Virus record (IMG/VR): IMGVR_UViG_3300037171_000022
Location: 1 to 31,268 of that record
Source: a virus
Taxonomy: Duplodnaviria; Caudoviricetes
Length of the DNA: 31,268 nt
Strand: one strand, 5' to 3'
In this document: piece by piece, positions 6,763 through 15,880 of the stretch
Layout: every line of letters begins with the position of its first letter
Numbering within the stretch: the first letter of the stretch is position 1
Notes under the pieces: model-generated
What the model was told of the DNA's origin: nothing
Databases searched by the model: none
What the model saw: the letters and a program-made list of their open reading frames with translations, nothing else
Translations under genes and position numbers: made by a program

Positions 6763-9609
6763 CTAGTCTGTGCATGTATACGCAAAAACCATAGCTGTGC
6801 TCGCCGGAGGAGCAGTGACCAATTGCGCGTTAAGAAGATCTGTGCTGCTAGATCCGCCCGAGAGCCACTGATAAATTCCTGTGCCGATGGAATTTCCCGT
6901 TATTGTGCAGTTAGCAAAGTTGGGCCGATTGGTTCCCCCATCTACAACATAGACCATTGCTGTTCCGGTGGAACCCGTAGGACTCGTTCCAGTCGTAAAC
7001 AGGACAGTCCCTCCAGATTGGTTACAAACATTACTCGATTGGCATACGGCAGTTGCCCCGGTTCCCGCGCCCGATTGCACTGCGAATGTTACAGATCCTG
7101 TGCCCGTCCAAATTGGGCCTTTCACAATGCCCGTAAAGGTCGGTGCGACGAGGGGCGCCCCTCCTAGATTCGCTAGCGCCGTAGCTGCCGTAGTTGCTCC
7201 TGTTCCACCATTAGCTATTCCTACTGTGCCAGTAACAGCCGGGGCCGTATATGCTCCTGCCCCATTCAGATAGGTGGTCGCGCTGCCGCCTGTTGTCAGA
7301 GTCACTCCGTTGGTTGTTCCTGCACGATTGCTGCTCGATGCAATCTCGTGCCACGCATTATCATAGGCGGAATAAGAAAGAGTCACAAATTCATTTGTCG
7401 GTATCGCCTCGCTCGTCGCGCCTCCCATCAGTTTGATGCCGTTCGGAGACGCTCCGCCTGTTTGAAGAACTGAAGGCCCATACTGAGCTGAGTAGATTTT
7501 TAGCAAGCGTCCATCGTACCCTCCTGTGATGGTGGTTATAGGCGTACCAGCCTGTACATCGTAAAGTCTAATGATGTCTCGATTGTTGGGTTGCAGCGGC
7601 AGGATACCTCCCGTTATGACATCTACAAATGTTGAAGTTTCTCCTGTCGGGGCCGTTGTGGAAACCGGGTTGTCGCCTTCGTTGCCGCTGGCGTCGATAA
7701 TCGTCACCTGCTGACTGAAGTTAGAGCCAATATGGATGTTGCTCTGATTACTCAGTGAGTTGATATAGATGTTCGGCGTTCGATTCCCGCTAATTTCTCC
7801 TGTGCTTTGACCCGCATCATCATAGATACTATAGATGGTTGTCGAGTCGTTGAAGATATTATCATTGACGTTAAAATTTGTGGCGTAAAGGCCGGTAGCT
7901 CGAATGTCGGCATTGGTAACTCCAGACGGACAATTTCCTTCAAAGTAGCCTAATTTGATGGTCACTGCCGCTTGATTCTGTAGATATATGCCAGCGCAGT
8001 TCGTTGCTATCCCTGCACCGTTGCCTTCAATGTCCATCTGGTCAAATTTAAGAGCCATAGACCCTCCGTAGGTCGAACCGGCAATCAAACCCACGCCGTA
8101 ATTGCCATTGTTATTAAACGAGTCTCGTTCCCAAGCACTGTCATGTATAGTGTTGGAAGTTCCGTTGCATGTGGCTGTGGTACCCGTGCAGCCCGTGGTG
8201 CTTGTGTTTGACAAAAAGCCATCATTGCTATCGGAGCTTTCATAAATATCCGTGTACTTACAAATGATGCACCGGCCCACCACATGTATGCCATTAACAA
8301 ATGATCCTTGAATGTTTATATTTTCTATGTCATCTCGATCCGCAATCCAATTCATATCAACTCGGCTTTGGAGTTCGATAGCGTCGTTCGTTCCCGTGCC
8401 AGGACTGTTGACGGTCAAGTCTTTGATTGCAAAATCATTGATAACTGTTGCCGCTTGCACGGTATCTGACTGTAGAGCATAAGGCGTGCTGCACGCAGGT
8501 TCCGTGATCGTAAACTGCGTTGCTGTGGCTGTCCGAATATAGTAGCCAACATAGCCTGTCGTGGCAAACAGCTTCATGCAAGAAGACGCAGGAGAAGTCA
8601 AGAATGGCCCGGTAAAGGCTATGAACTGCGTGCCTCCACCGATAAAGTTGTTATTAGACGTGAATGTTACCACGCCACCGGAGCCAACCGAGTATCCCGT
8701 CACATACGACAAGATTCTCCGGCCCAATGCGGGTTTTGTCGTGTCTAACGGCTCTACCGTCACGCAAGACTTGGCGGCGCCTTCAACCTCAACTCCTGTC
8801 GATGGTTGAAAGTTATCAAGATAAGTTCCACATGGAAGAAAGATCTCCCCGGTAGGATACCCATTAGTGACAAGCTGTGCGTAAGCGGCAGTGATTGTGC
8901 CGGTGCCTGGAACTGCCGCAACGACAGAATCTAGCGAAGTGATATGCTGATCTAACGGCAGGAAGGAAGAGACGCCGCCTAGGTTAGCAAGTGCCACGGG
9001 TGCTGTAGTTGCGCCCGTGCCGCCGTTCGCAATTGTGATTGGTGTAGTAAGCGTATTTCCTGTAACACAACCCCATGCACTACCGCTATAACCTCTATAA
9101 CAAGAATCGGTGACATTGTAATAGATGTTACCTGGTACAAGTTGTAGAATTGCCTCTACGTCAGCATAACCGTAGTTTCCTATGACAGCAGAGAAGCGCG
9201 GTACTGGAATAGTGGCCGTGACTTGTGAGGATATATTCATACTTGGACCCGAAGCAGGAAGAACTAATATCCCACATTTAGAAGTAGAGAAGGGACATAT
9301 AGTATATTGCCAAGAACTTCCAGCTGGAGTTACTTGGGTATTATCGTAGACTGAAACAGAAAAAGTTCCTTCTGAGCCTAGAGAAATTGGTCTTTGATTT
9401 ACAACAGCCATTGATAATGGCGCACCGTTTAACCTATAAACGCTAAGATTTGGCTGCGCTGGGTTAGGAACAAACTGTACTGTAACAGTCCCGTCGAACC
9501 ATGTTATGTTGTCTGAGTCGGTTACTGTGGCAGTTACCGTAGTAGTCTGTGCAAAAGAAATGCCACTCACAAAGAGTAGCATTCCAAGGAAAGCAAGATA
9601 CTTCTTCAT
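6763..9609 (-). CDS. Tailspike/tail-fibre-like protein with a pectin-lyase-like beta-helix and an N-terminal Sec signal peptide
   Basis: MKKYLAFLGMLLFVSGISFA|Q; two IANGGTGATTA..ALANLGG fibre motifs; GEIFLPCGTY...VEGA beta-helix entry followed by N/D/G/I-rich rungs. Confidence 0.7.
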   Translation of the reverse strand: MKKYLAFLGMLLFVSGISFAQTTTVTATVTDSDNITWFDGTVTVQFVPNPAQPNLSVYRLNGAPLSMAVVNQRPISLGSEGTFSVSVYDNTQVTPAGSSWQYTICPFSTSKCGILVLPASGPSMNISSQVTATIPVPRFSAVIGNYGYADVEAILQLVPGNIYYNVTDSCYRGYSGSAWGCVTGNTLTTPITIANGGTGATTAPVALANLGGVSSFLPLDQHITSLDSVVAAVPGTGTITAAYAQLVTNGYPTGEIFLPCGTYLDNFQPSTGVEVEGAAKSCVTVEPLDTTKPALGRRILSYVTGYSVGSGGVVTFTSNNNFIGGGTQFIAFTGPFLTSPASSCMKLFATTGYVGYYIRTATATQFTITEPACSTPYALQSDTVQAATVINDFAIKDLTVNSPGTGTNDAIELQSRVDMNWIADRDDIENINIQGSFVNGIHVVGRCIICKYTDIYESSDSNDGFLSNTSTTGCTGTTATCNGTSNTIHDSAWERDSFNNNGNYGVGLIAGSTYGGSMALKFDQMDIEGNGAGIATNCAGIYLQNQAAVTIKLGYFEGNCPSGVTNADIRATGLYATNFNVNDNIFNDSTTIYSIYDDAGQSTGEISGNRTPNIYINSLSNQSNIHIGSNFSQQVTIIDASGNEGDNPVSTTAPTGETSTFVDVITGGILPLQPNNRDIIRLYDVQAGTPITTITGGYDGRLLKIYSAQYGPSVLQTGGASPNGIKLMGGATSEAIPTNEFVTLSYSAYDNAWHEIASSSNRAGTTNGVTLTTGGSATTYLNGAGAYTAPAVTGTVGIANGGTGATTAATALANLGGAPLVAPTFTGIVKGPIWTGTGSVTFAVQSGAGTGATAVCQSSNVCNQSGGTVLFTTGTSPTGSTGTAMVYVVDGGTNRPNFANCTITGNSIGTGIYQWLSGGSSSTDLLNAQLVTAPPASTAMVFAYTCTD
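7155..7230 (-). repeat. Second copy of the IANGGTGATTAxxALANLGG motif
   Basis: TVGIANGGTGATTAATALANLGGA; synonymously diverged from the first copy. Confidence 0.8.
8972..9045 (-). repeat. First copy of the IANGGTGATTAxxALANLGG motif
   Basis: PITIANGGTGATTAPVALANLGGV. Confidence 0.8.
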
Positions 9610-9617
9610 ACTTCCTC

Positions 9618-10928
9618 CTAGAGCCAGCCATTAGTCTCAAGAAACTGATAACGCTTGAGAGTTGATTTGTTGATATCGGTACGATACTGCATGTTTGGAA
9701 TGTTGATTTTATTGAGCGCTTTATCACACTCAGCTGCGGCTTCCTCAATAGAATCGCCAATGCCAATAGGTGCACAAACGTAACCATAGTTACCACTGGT
9801 AACGAGAGACTTCTTATCTTTAGCGAGCTTCACGTCGTACATATACGTGTGTGTAAGTTGCTCAAGATCCTCTGGATCAAGTCCCTCAATAGGAACATCC
9901 TTGGCTTTAGAAACTCGAATCTCAGTAGGATACGGCGGTATCGAAAGCGTTACCGACATTCCAAACGGCGCCCGCCATTTAATCTGAGGTATCTGAAATG
10001 AGGCCACACGTTGCAGCATCTCGCCAAAACCTGAACCATACATAGTGGCGATAGTAGTATCGGCGAGGTAGCCGAATCGCGGCGTCCACTCTAGGCCATA
10101 AGCTGTATCCATTGTCACAATGGTATTAAGATCAATCATTCCAGTGAAACAATTTGCACGCAGAAAAGGTATAATTTTCTTTAAGCCCTCACGATAGAGC
10201 TTAGATTCTTCTGAGATAGCGAAGACCAAATTACCAGAACATCCTGTATTCGGTCCCTTACCTTCATTCATGAACTTTTTTTCTTCGAGTGTACAAGTAA
10301 GCATATAGAAATCCGCGCCATTGAAATACCCCATCACCGAGGCTTCCGTACCCTTGACGAACTCTTGTAGAATGAATGGCTGATTCTTCGATAGCGCGTA
10401 TAATCTGTCGATGACTTTGAGCATGTCCAGTGCATCCTTAGCAACATACGTCAGCGCCTTATCATCGTTTCCACCTGGACCCTCGTAGGGTTTGTAGACA
10501 TAGCGTTTCCCTTCTTTTTTTATGTGCGCCTTCCCTTCTGAGGCTGTAGCAAACTCCTGATACGGTGGCACCACAATCTTCGCTTGTTCCATTGCTTCCA
10601 AACCGAATTTCCTATCATCCTCCAAGGCTTCTTCAAAACTGCCATCTCCTAGTGTGGGCGCCTCCATTCTTGAAGCATCCGCTTGCTTTGGTTTGCCGGT
10701 GAGATCAAACAAGGACAAATTATACCCTTTATACGATGGGTATCCATATCCTTGCACCGTGCGTCTATGATCCAGCGATAGCTTCTTGGGGGGTGGAATT
10801 AACCCCCCAAGAACATCCTCATAATACTCTGGCTTAGACAAAAAGTAGTCTACATCATGACCTTCCGCAAGGAGGCGTAAGATAAACCACGCGCCCATGC
10901 CAGAAAAAGAGGACATTGCTATCTTCAT
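9618..10928 (-). CDS. PurD (GAR synthetase)-like ATP-grasp ligase, divergent
   Basis: ALEDDRKFG..AM; YVYKP; ILQEFVKGTEAS; GKGPNTG; LEWTPRFG; C-terminal GIGDSIEEA...YRTDI, all colinear with PurD. Confidence 0.8.
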   Translation of the reverse strand: MKIAMSSFSGMGAWFILRLLAEGHDVDYFLSKPEYYEDVLGGLIPPPKKLSLDHRRTVQGYGYPSYKGYNLSLFDLTGKPKQADASRMEAPTLGDGSFEEALEDDRKFGLEAMEQAKIVVPPYQEFATASEGKAHIKKEGKRYVYKPYEGPGGNDDKALTYVAKDALDMLKVIDRLYALSKNQPFILQEFVKGTEASVMGYFNGADFYMLTCTLEEKKFMNEGKGPNTGCSGNLVFAISEESKLYREGLKKIIPFLRANCFTGMIDLNTIVTMDTAYGLEWTPRFGYLADTTIATMYGSGFGEMLQRVASFQIPQIKWRAPFGMSVTLSIPPYPTEIRVSKAKDVPIEGLDPEDLEQLTHTYMYDVKLAKDKKSLVTSGNYGYVCAPIGIGDSIEEAAAECDKALNKINIPNMQYRTDINKSTLKRYQFLETNGWL

Positions 10929-10930
10929 TG

Positions 10931-11200
10931 CTAGTTACCTTCTTCGTCAAGAATTTTACCAAGTTTACAAACGTGAACTTGAGAACTGAGTGTCTGCTTT
11001 TCAATCCTATCGTCAAAAACTTTCTCAAGGTCAACTGTAGCTGACCTCCCATCGTTTGCTTCAAGAGGAATTCTTACAGTAATCCTCTTATTCGCAAAGT
11101 TAATGTACACATAATGCGCACAAGTTGTGGTTGTAAGTTCAATTCCATCTTGATGAACTTCACTTTCGTTTCTGAGCCTAACTTTCGTAAAATCAATCAT
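10931..11200 (-). CDS. Hypothetical protein (89 aa)
   Basis: GGAGCAGGA SD; ends 2 nt before the ATP-grasp start. Confidence 0.7.
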   Translation of the reverse strand: MIDFTKVRLRNESEVHQDGIELTTTTCAHYVYINFANKRITVRIPLEANDGRSATVDLEKVFDDRIEKQTLSSQVHVCKLGKILDEEGN

Positions 11201-11227
11201 TTTCCTGCTCCTTTGTTTTTACTGGTA

Positions 11228-11386
11228 TTACTTGTTATTCTTTCCAGCATGATCTGCTTTTTGGTTTTCATGTGGCTTCTTGCTATGACCGCTACCACAG
11301 CCTTTGGCTTGCGAACCACTGGCTTGCACACGTTCCTGCATCGCCTTGGCTTCTTTGAGTGAGAGTGCTGCACTTTGACCGCTCAT
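11228..11386 (-). CDS. Small hydrophilic, basic peptide (52 aa)
   Basis: AAAGGAGG SD before ATG 11386; MSGQSAALSLKEAKAMQERVQASGSQAKGCGSGHSKKPHENQKADHAGKNNK. Confidence 0.7.
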   Translation of the reverse strand: MSGQSAALSLKEAKAMQERVQASGSQAKGCGSGHSKKPHENQKADHAGKNNK

Positions 11387-11400
11387 GGATTCCTCCTTTC

Positions 11401-13350
11401 TTAGAATTCCCAAGTAGTATCTTCCCTGTGTCTGGAAGGTCGTCTTGGACGAACAGGTTTTTTAGCTTGTCCAATCTTTTGTTCTGCTGGAGTTTTTACA
11501 AACTGATGCGCCAAGATATTACCAGCAAGGGGTATTGTATCCTCCAATATATCACGTACCACAGGAGCTGCATTGTATTTGCCCATACTGTTTGTACGTG
11601 TAACCATGTTGAATACATCCTCTCCGGCACGAAACGGCGTTCCGATCGTCGGACCCATTAAAGAATAAGCTAGGCGATTTCCGTGAGCGGCTCCAATATA
11701 GTTTGTATATACTCCAAAAGACGCATACATGGACATTAGAGAGATGTATTCACGCACAGTCGCAGGAATGTTACCAGAACCAAGCTGAGCATAATCTTGC
11801 TTTGCGGAATCAATTGCTTGCTTCGCATTCAGTGTGCGTCCATAGATTTCTACAGACTTCATCATAGGAGCGACAGCAGGCCATAAAGCTCCAACAGTTC
11901 CTGCAAACTGTGCCAAGCCTACGTAATCACCTGCTTCCCACATTTTAGTAAGTTCACGTCTCAAGAAACGAGATTGAGCGTTTACGAAAGTATGATACAT
12001 TGTTGCAGAGCGCATTACCATATTAGAATTACTCTTGAGAGCTTGCTCTACTGTCTTATCCATGAAAAAACGATTATTTACAAAGTGAAACACTCCCGTA
12101 CGAAGTTGTTCTTCATTAAGTTTTCCACCTTGTCTGATTACTTCTTCTGGATTGATACCCATTTCTTTGAGGTTAGCTATTGCAATCTTAGAACCCCTTA
12201 ATGCTTGCGATGCCCAATTATGAGAAGCGCACCATCCTACAGAAGCCGCATATGAAAGTTGCTTCGAGCGCACAAAACTAAAAAAAGGCATGTGATAAGA
12301 TTTGAAGAAGATCTGACCTGCTGTAGGACTTCCGGTTAACTTGGCAGTTGTACCAGAACCACCACGCATGGCACGATCCATGAAATCATGATCTGTGTAA
12401 GCTAAAATATTAGTAGAGTCAAGAAACGCCTTAAACTCAGGGTCACTCATGTGAAGCATACCTTCAACAAGACGCGGCGCTGGTATAGAAGCAAGGTTTC
12501 CAACCGTAGAAATATGCTTAAATGCCACCTGAGTCAGCTGAACTACCCTCATCACACCTTGTATACGACTCTCGATTCCTAGTTTATCTGGTGGCGTATA
12601 CGTAGACGAGGTGTCAAAAGGCTTGAGCAAATCACTCTTATCCAGCTTCTCACCTTTAGCAAAACTTTGTAGCTTTACAAGTTTATTTCTGCGATTGATC
12701 TCTACTGCAATAGCTAATTTTGAACTAGAAGCTGGCCTAACTCCGCCACCTTCTCTATGATTCACAGTGTCTCGAACTTCATTCGAGATCAAATTCATTG
12801 CACCTCTAGCCCAAGACTCTTGAACAGGATCTTTACTTTCAAGAAGAGGCATTATATAAGGCATGACGTGTTGCATTTTTGGACCAAAAGCTACAGCAGC
12901 TCCTTGTACTCTGGCTTGTTGGATATTTTGATTTTTTATCTGCATTAAAGAGCGATCTTCGTTACCTGCTTCACGTGCCATGAGTTGTACTAAAGGACCA
13001 TTAGAACTTGCGAGAGGATGGTTTAATCTCTGCGCTTCGGCATGAACGTCGCGCAGCGAACTATTTAGACCGATCTTATTACGTAACTCTGGATGCGCTA
13101 ATACTTGTTTTTGAATCGAATCTACAGGAGCATCTAATCTTGTAAGCGCCGCGGCTCGCTCTGTTTGAAAAGTCATATGCAATTGTTGGAGTCTCTCACC
13201 AAACGCACCGCCTACTCTAAAGTAAGCATCCTTAGCACCCACGGTATCGTTAAGATGAATCTCCATCTTGCTGATAGATTCTTCCGCAGAAGGAGCAACT
13301 GCTCGTGCTACTGTACGTCCCAGATCGCCAAGAAGTGATCCAATTCCCAT
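11401..13350 (-). CDS. Putative internal virion/DNA ejection protein
   Basis: Large, helical, with hydrophobic C-terminal segments; last of four such genes after the tail genes. ATG 13350 (GGGAG SD) preferred. Confidence 0.55.
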   Translation of the reverse strand: MGIGSLLGDLGRTVARAVAPSAEESISKMEIHLNDTVGAKDAYFRVGGAFGERLQQLHMTFQTERAAALTRLDAPVDSIQKQVLAHPELRNKIGLNSSLRDVHAEAQRLNHPLASSNGPLVQLMAREAGNEDRSLMQIKNQNIQQARVQGAAVAFGPKMQHVMPYIMPLLESKDPVQESWARGAMNLISNEVRDTVNHREGGGVRPASSSKLAIAVEINRRNKLVKLQSFAKGEKLDKSDLLKPFDTSSTYTPPDKLGIESRIQGVMRVVQLTQVAFKHISTVGNLASIPAPRLVEGMLHMSDPEFKAFLDSTNILAYTDHDFMDRAMRGGSGTTAKLTGSPTAGQIFFKSYHMPFFSFVRSKQLSYAASVGWCASHNWASQALRGSKIAIANLKEMGINPEEVIRQGGKLNEEQLRTGVFHFVNNRFFMDKTVEQALKSNSNMVMRSATMYHTFVNAQSRFLRRELTKMWEAGDYVGLAQFAGTVGALWPAVAPMMKSVEIYGRTLNAKQAIDSAKQDYAQLGSGNIPATVREYISLMSMYASFGVYTNYIGAAHGNRLAYSLMGPTIGTPFRAGEDVFNMVTRTNSMGKYNAAPVVRDILEDTIPLAGNILAHQFVKTPAEQKIGQAKKPVRPRRPSRHREDTTWEF

Positions 13351-13351
13351 A

Positions 13352-15880
13352 TCAATACTCCCACTTTGCAAGTTTGCCCTTAGAAAGTTTTACCAAAAGA
13401 TCGTCGATTTCACTTTGCTTCCCGAGTCTCTCAGCATGTTGGCCTCCCGCAAAAGCCTTAGCGCGATCACCAGCAAGTATATTATACGCAGTTAAAGCTT
13501 GCTTGCGTTCAGCTGGCTTACCACTGAACATATCTGTGATAAGTTTACGTTCTTGGATTATTGTTTCCTTGTGTAACTGCGCTTGTTCCGTAGTTATCGC
13601 ATCTGGAGAATCAAAAGCAGAACGATAGAAGTTTCCAACTTCGCCTTTGATATTTGGCACTTTGAATTTTTCAGTTTGTAGCAGCTCATCCATCTGAGCT
13701 AAGACTCCATGAGCATAGCGTTGTAGATCATCATCACCAAAATTACGAGTTTTACCTTGCCAATCCTGTACTCTTGAGGCACTTGCAAAATCATCTTCTA
13801 ACCTTTTTCTAAAGATCGGTGGCATACGATCTCTAAAATTATACATAAAAGCCAGAAAATTAGGATTCTCAGAACCTTTTCCTGCTACGTGCTCAGTCTC
13901 AAACAATGAAATTCCTGCCTTTTTTAGAGACTCAGGATAGAAAAAATCATGTAAATCTTGCTGAAAATCATGCTCAGAAAGTCCTTTAAGCCATTCTGCG
14001 GTTCCTAGACCTTCAGCTTTGGCTTTCTTAGCTGCATAGACATTCCAATCAGTCGAGATTGAAACAGAACGACCTCCTTTATTAGATGTACGTGTTTTAA
14101 GTGTCATAGCATCTCTATTACGTCGTCTCGCAGCTTCTTCTTTTATGATAGCGCCCCGTCGTGCGGCTATATCAAGCGCATCATCAATAGGTTTTTGTCC
14201 GACTTCTTTAGAAGCTCTTGCAGCTGCTTGTTTGTTACTTTGTACATAAGCATCCTTTCCTACATCTTTTACAACCTGTTGTCCTTGTGGCGTCTCCATT
14301 GCTCGCTTGATCTGTTGTTCTACTTCTGAAGTCTCTGCCTTAGTAAGATTCTCCGCGTGTTTAAGAAGCTCTCCAAACTTCGCAGAAAGATCCGCTCTTC
14401 CTTCTGGAGAAAGTGTAGATAATTTTCTATCCCCAAGAGTTGCTCTGAGCCACGCAGATATTTTAAAAGTAGGATTCCAATACGCTGGGTTTCCTTCATG
14501 TACGCTTCTGATATGCTCGTTAAGTTCCTCGTGTGAAAGATTCTCAGTCTCAGCTACATGCTTAAAAGCTGAACCTAATACATCCATCAATAAAGGTCTA
14601 CCGCCAGCCAGAGAGACTCCTTTTATTGCCTGCTGCACTTCTGGCGCAAGTTTATCAGCGTCGCCATGTATCCAACCTTTTTGAGCCGCTTCTGCTTTTT
14701 CAGCAAGCTGACCTAGTTCCGAAGTACGACTTGCAGAGGTAACTTCTGATAACTTAACCTTGCCAAACTTAGTGTGAAAGATAGTCCCAAGAATAGCTTG
14801 TTGAATCGCCCCTTGGATCATTAACTGATTTTTATCGCCGTCGTCAGCCATAGTATAACCATACATAGCTCCTTCAGAACCATTTATCAATAGTTTAAGA
14901 GCTGTCTTACCACGCTCAGACTGAGAAAGTAACTTCGTAAGTGGCACAGCTGCGGTTTCTCCTGTTGCGCCTGCGATAATACCTTCTGTCAACTTCCCAG
15001 AACCTCTAAAAAAAGGAAGCAACATTGCTTGCTCTGCGCTCCACGAGCGCGCTCTTTCTCCCCATGTAGTATCTGGATTAATATCATGCCAAAACTTATC
15101 GTGTGAAATTGCTGTTTCCAGCGAGCGTAGTACATTACCTACAACAGGCATAGCGCGTGCATTTTTGTCGAAAGTTTTGTAGATTCCCTTTGAAGCCATC
15201 TCTGAATGATCGCCAGAACCATCTGGAGACATATCATCATCAGTACCAGCTTGCCAGTCTGCTTTTACCATGTGACCCAAACCAGCAAGAATAACTATTC
15301 CTGTTCGCGCTGAGTTTTCTAAGTCTTCGAAACCTGCGTACAAGCCATGCCGCCAGTGTGAGTCATAAGCATCATCCATGTTCCATTTCAAAGCACTTGT
15401 ATACGCATTGTCAATCCAGTTTTGTCTATCGGGTATCTCAGAGCCATGCGCTTTACTAAGTTCTCCATAAAACGGAGCTATTATCTTATCGTAGTAATTA
15501 CCTGCTGCCTCAAGTCTCTGTGCAGGTGTGGCACTCTGTGACTCTTTTGAAGACGCCATCACTTTCCATCTTTGCAGGATATTGTTTGACGCATCGTAAG
15601 GTTCTAGATTGAAAGGATTTGTATTCAAGTCTTTCAGAACGCTAAGTTTCTGTGTTCTCTCCATTGAGGATATCGAGTCATACTTTGTCGCTTCACGCTG
15701 TGCCGCTCTCGCATCAGCAGCAGCATGCACATTAAATGAAGTTGGCACAACTCCACTAGAGTCTCGCCGAGGTGGCATCTCCGCTAGAGGACTACCTAAC
15801 TGTCTCGATCGGTTGACTAGGGGGGGCTTTGAACCAGTCTGTGAAGCTGTTCCCTGTTCCTGGGGCTGTGGTAGTGACAC
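13352..15880 (-). CDS. Putative internal virion/DNA ejection protein (842 aa)
   Basis: GTG start with AAGGAGGT SD inside the upstream gene; A/K/E-rich and helical, without Cys; position typical of podovirus core proteins. Confidence 0.55.
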   Translation of the reverse strand: MSLPQPQEQGTASQTGSKPPLVNRSRQLGSPLAEMPPRRDSSGVVPTSFNVHAAADARAAQREATKYDSISSMERTQKLSVLKDLNTNPFNLEPYDASNNILQRWKVMASSKESQSATPAQRLEAAGNYYDKIIAPFYGELSKAHGSEIPDRQNWIDNAYTSALKWNMDDAYDSHWRHGLYAGFEDLENSARTGIVILAGLGHMVKADWQAGTDDDMSPDGSGDHSEMASKGIYKTFDKNARAMPVVGNVLRSLETAISHDKFWHDINPDTTWGERARSWSAEQAMLLPFFRGSGKLTEGIIAGATGETAAVPLTKLLSQSERGKTALKLLINGSEGAMYGYTMADDGDKNQLMIQGAIQQAILGTIFHTKFGKVKLSEVTSASRTSELGQLAEKAEAAQKGWIHGDADKLAPEVQQAIKGVSLAGGRPLLMDVLGSAFKHVAETENLSHEELNEHIRSVHEGNPAYWNPTFKISAWLRATLGDRKLSTLSPEGRADLSAKFGELLKHAENLTKAETSEVEQQIKRAMETPQGQQVVKDVGKDAYVQSNKQAAARASKEVGQKPIDDALDIAARRGAIIKEEAARRRNRDAMTLKTRTSNKGGRSVSISTDWNVYAAKKAKAEGLGTAEWLKGLSEHDFQQDLHDFFYPESLKKAGISLFETEHVAGKGSENPNFLAFMYNFRDRMPPIFRKRLEDDFASASRVQDWQGKTRNFGDDDLQRYAHGVLAQMDELLQTEKFKVPNIKGEVGNFYRSAFDSPDAITTEQAQLHKETIIQERKLITDMFSGKPAERKQALTAYNILAGDRAKAFAGGQHAERLGKQSEIDDLLVKLSKGKLAKWEY

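Noticed and set aside
6670-7436. Plus-strand ORFs 6670..7167, 6968..7273 and 7251..7436
   Set aside because: Antisense shadows of the GC-rich spike gene, beyond the terminator and without SD or motifs.
9618-10928. Calling the gene purD (purine auxiliary metabolic gene) or purZ
   Set aside because: PurD substrate motifs are altered and the context is structural; PurZ is a PurA homologue, not an ATP-grasp.
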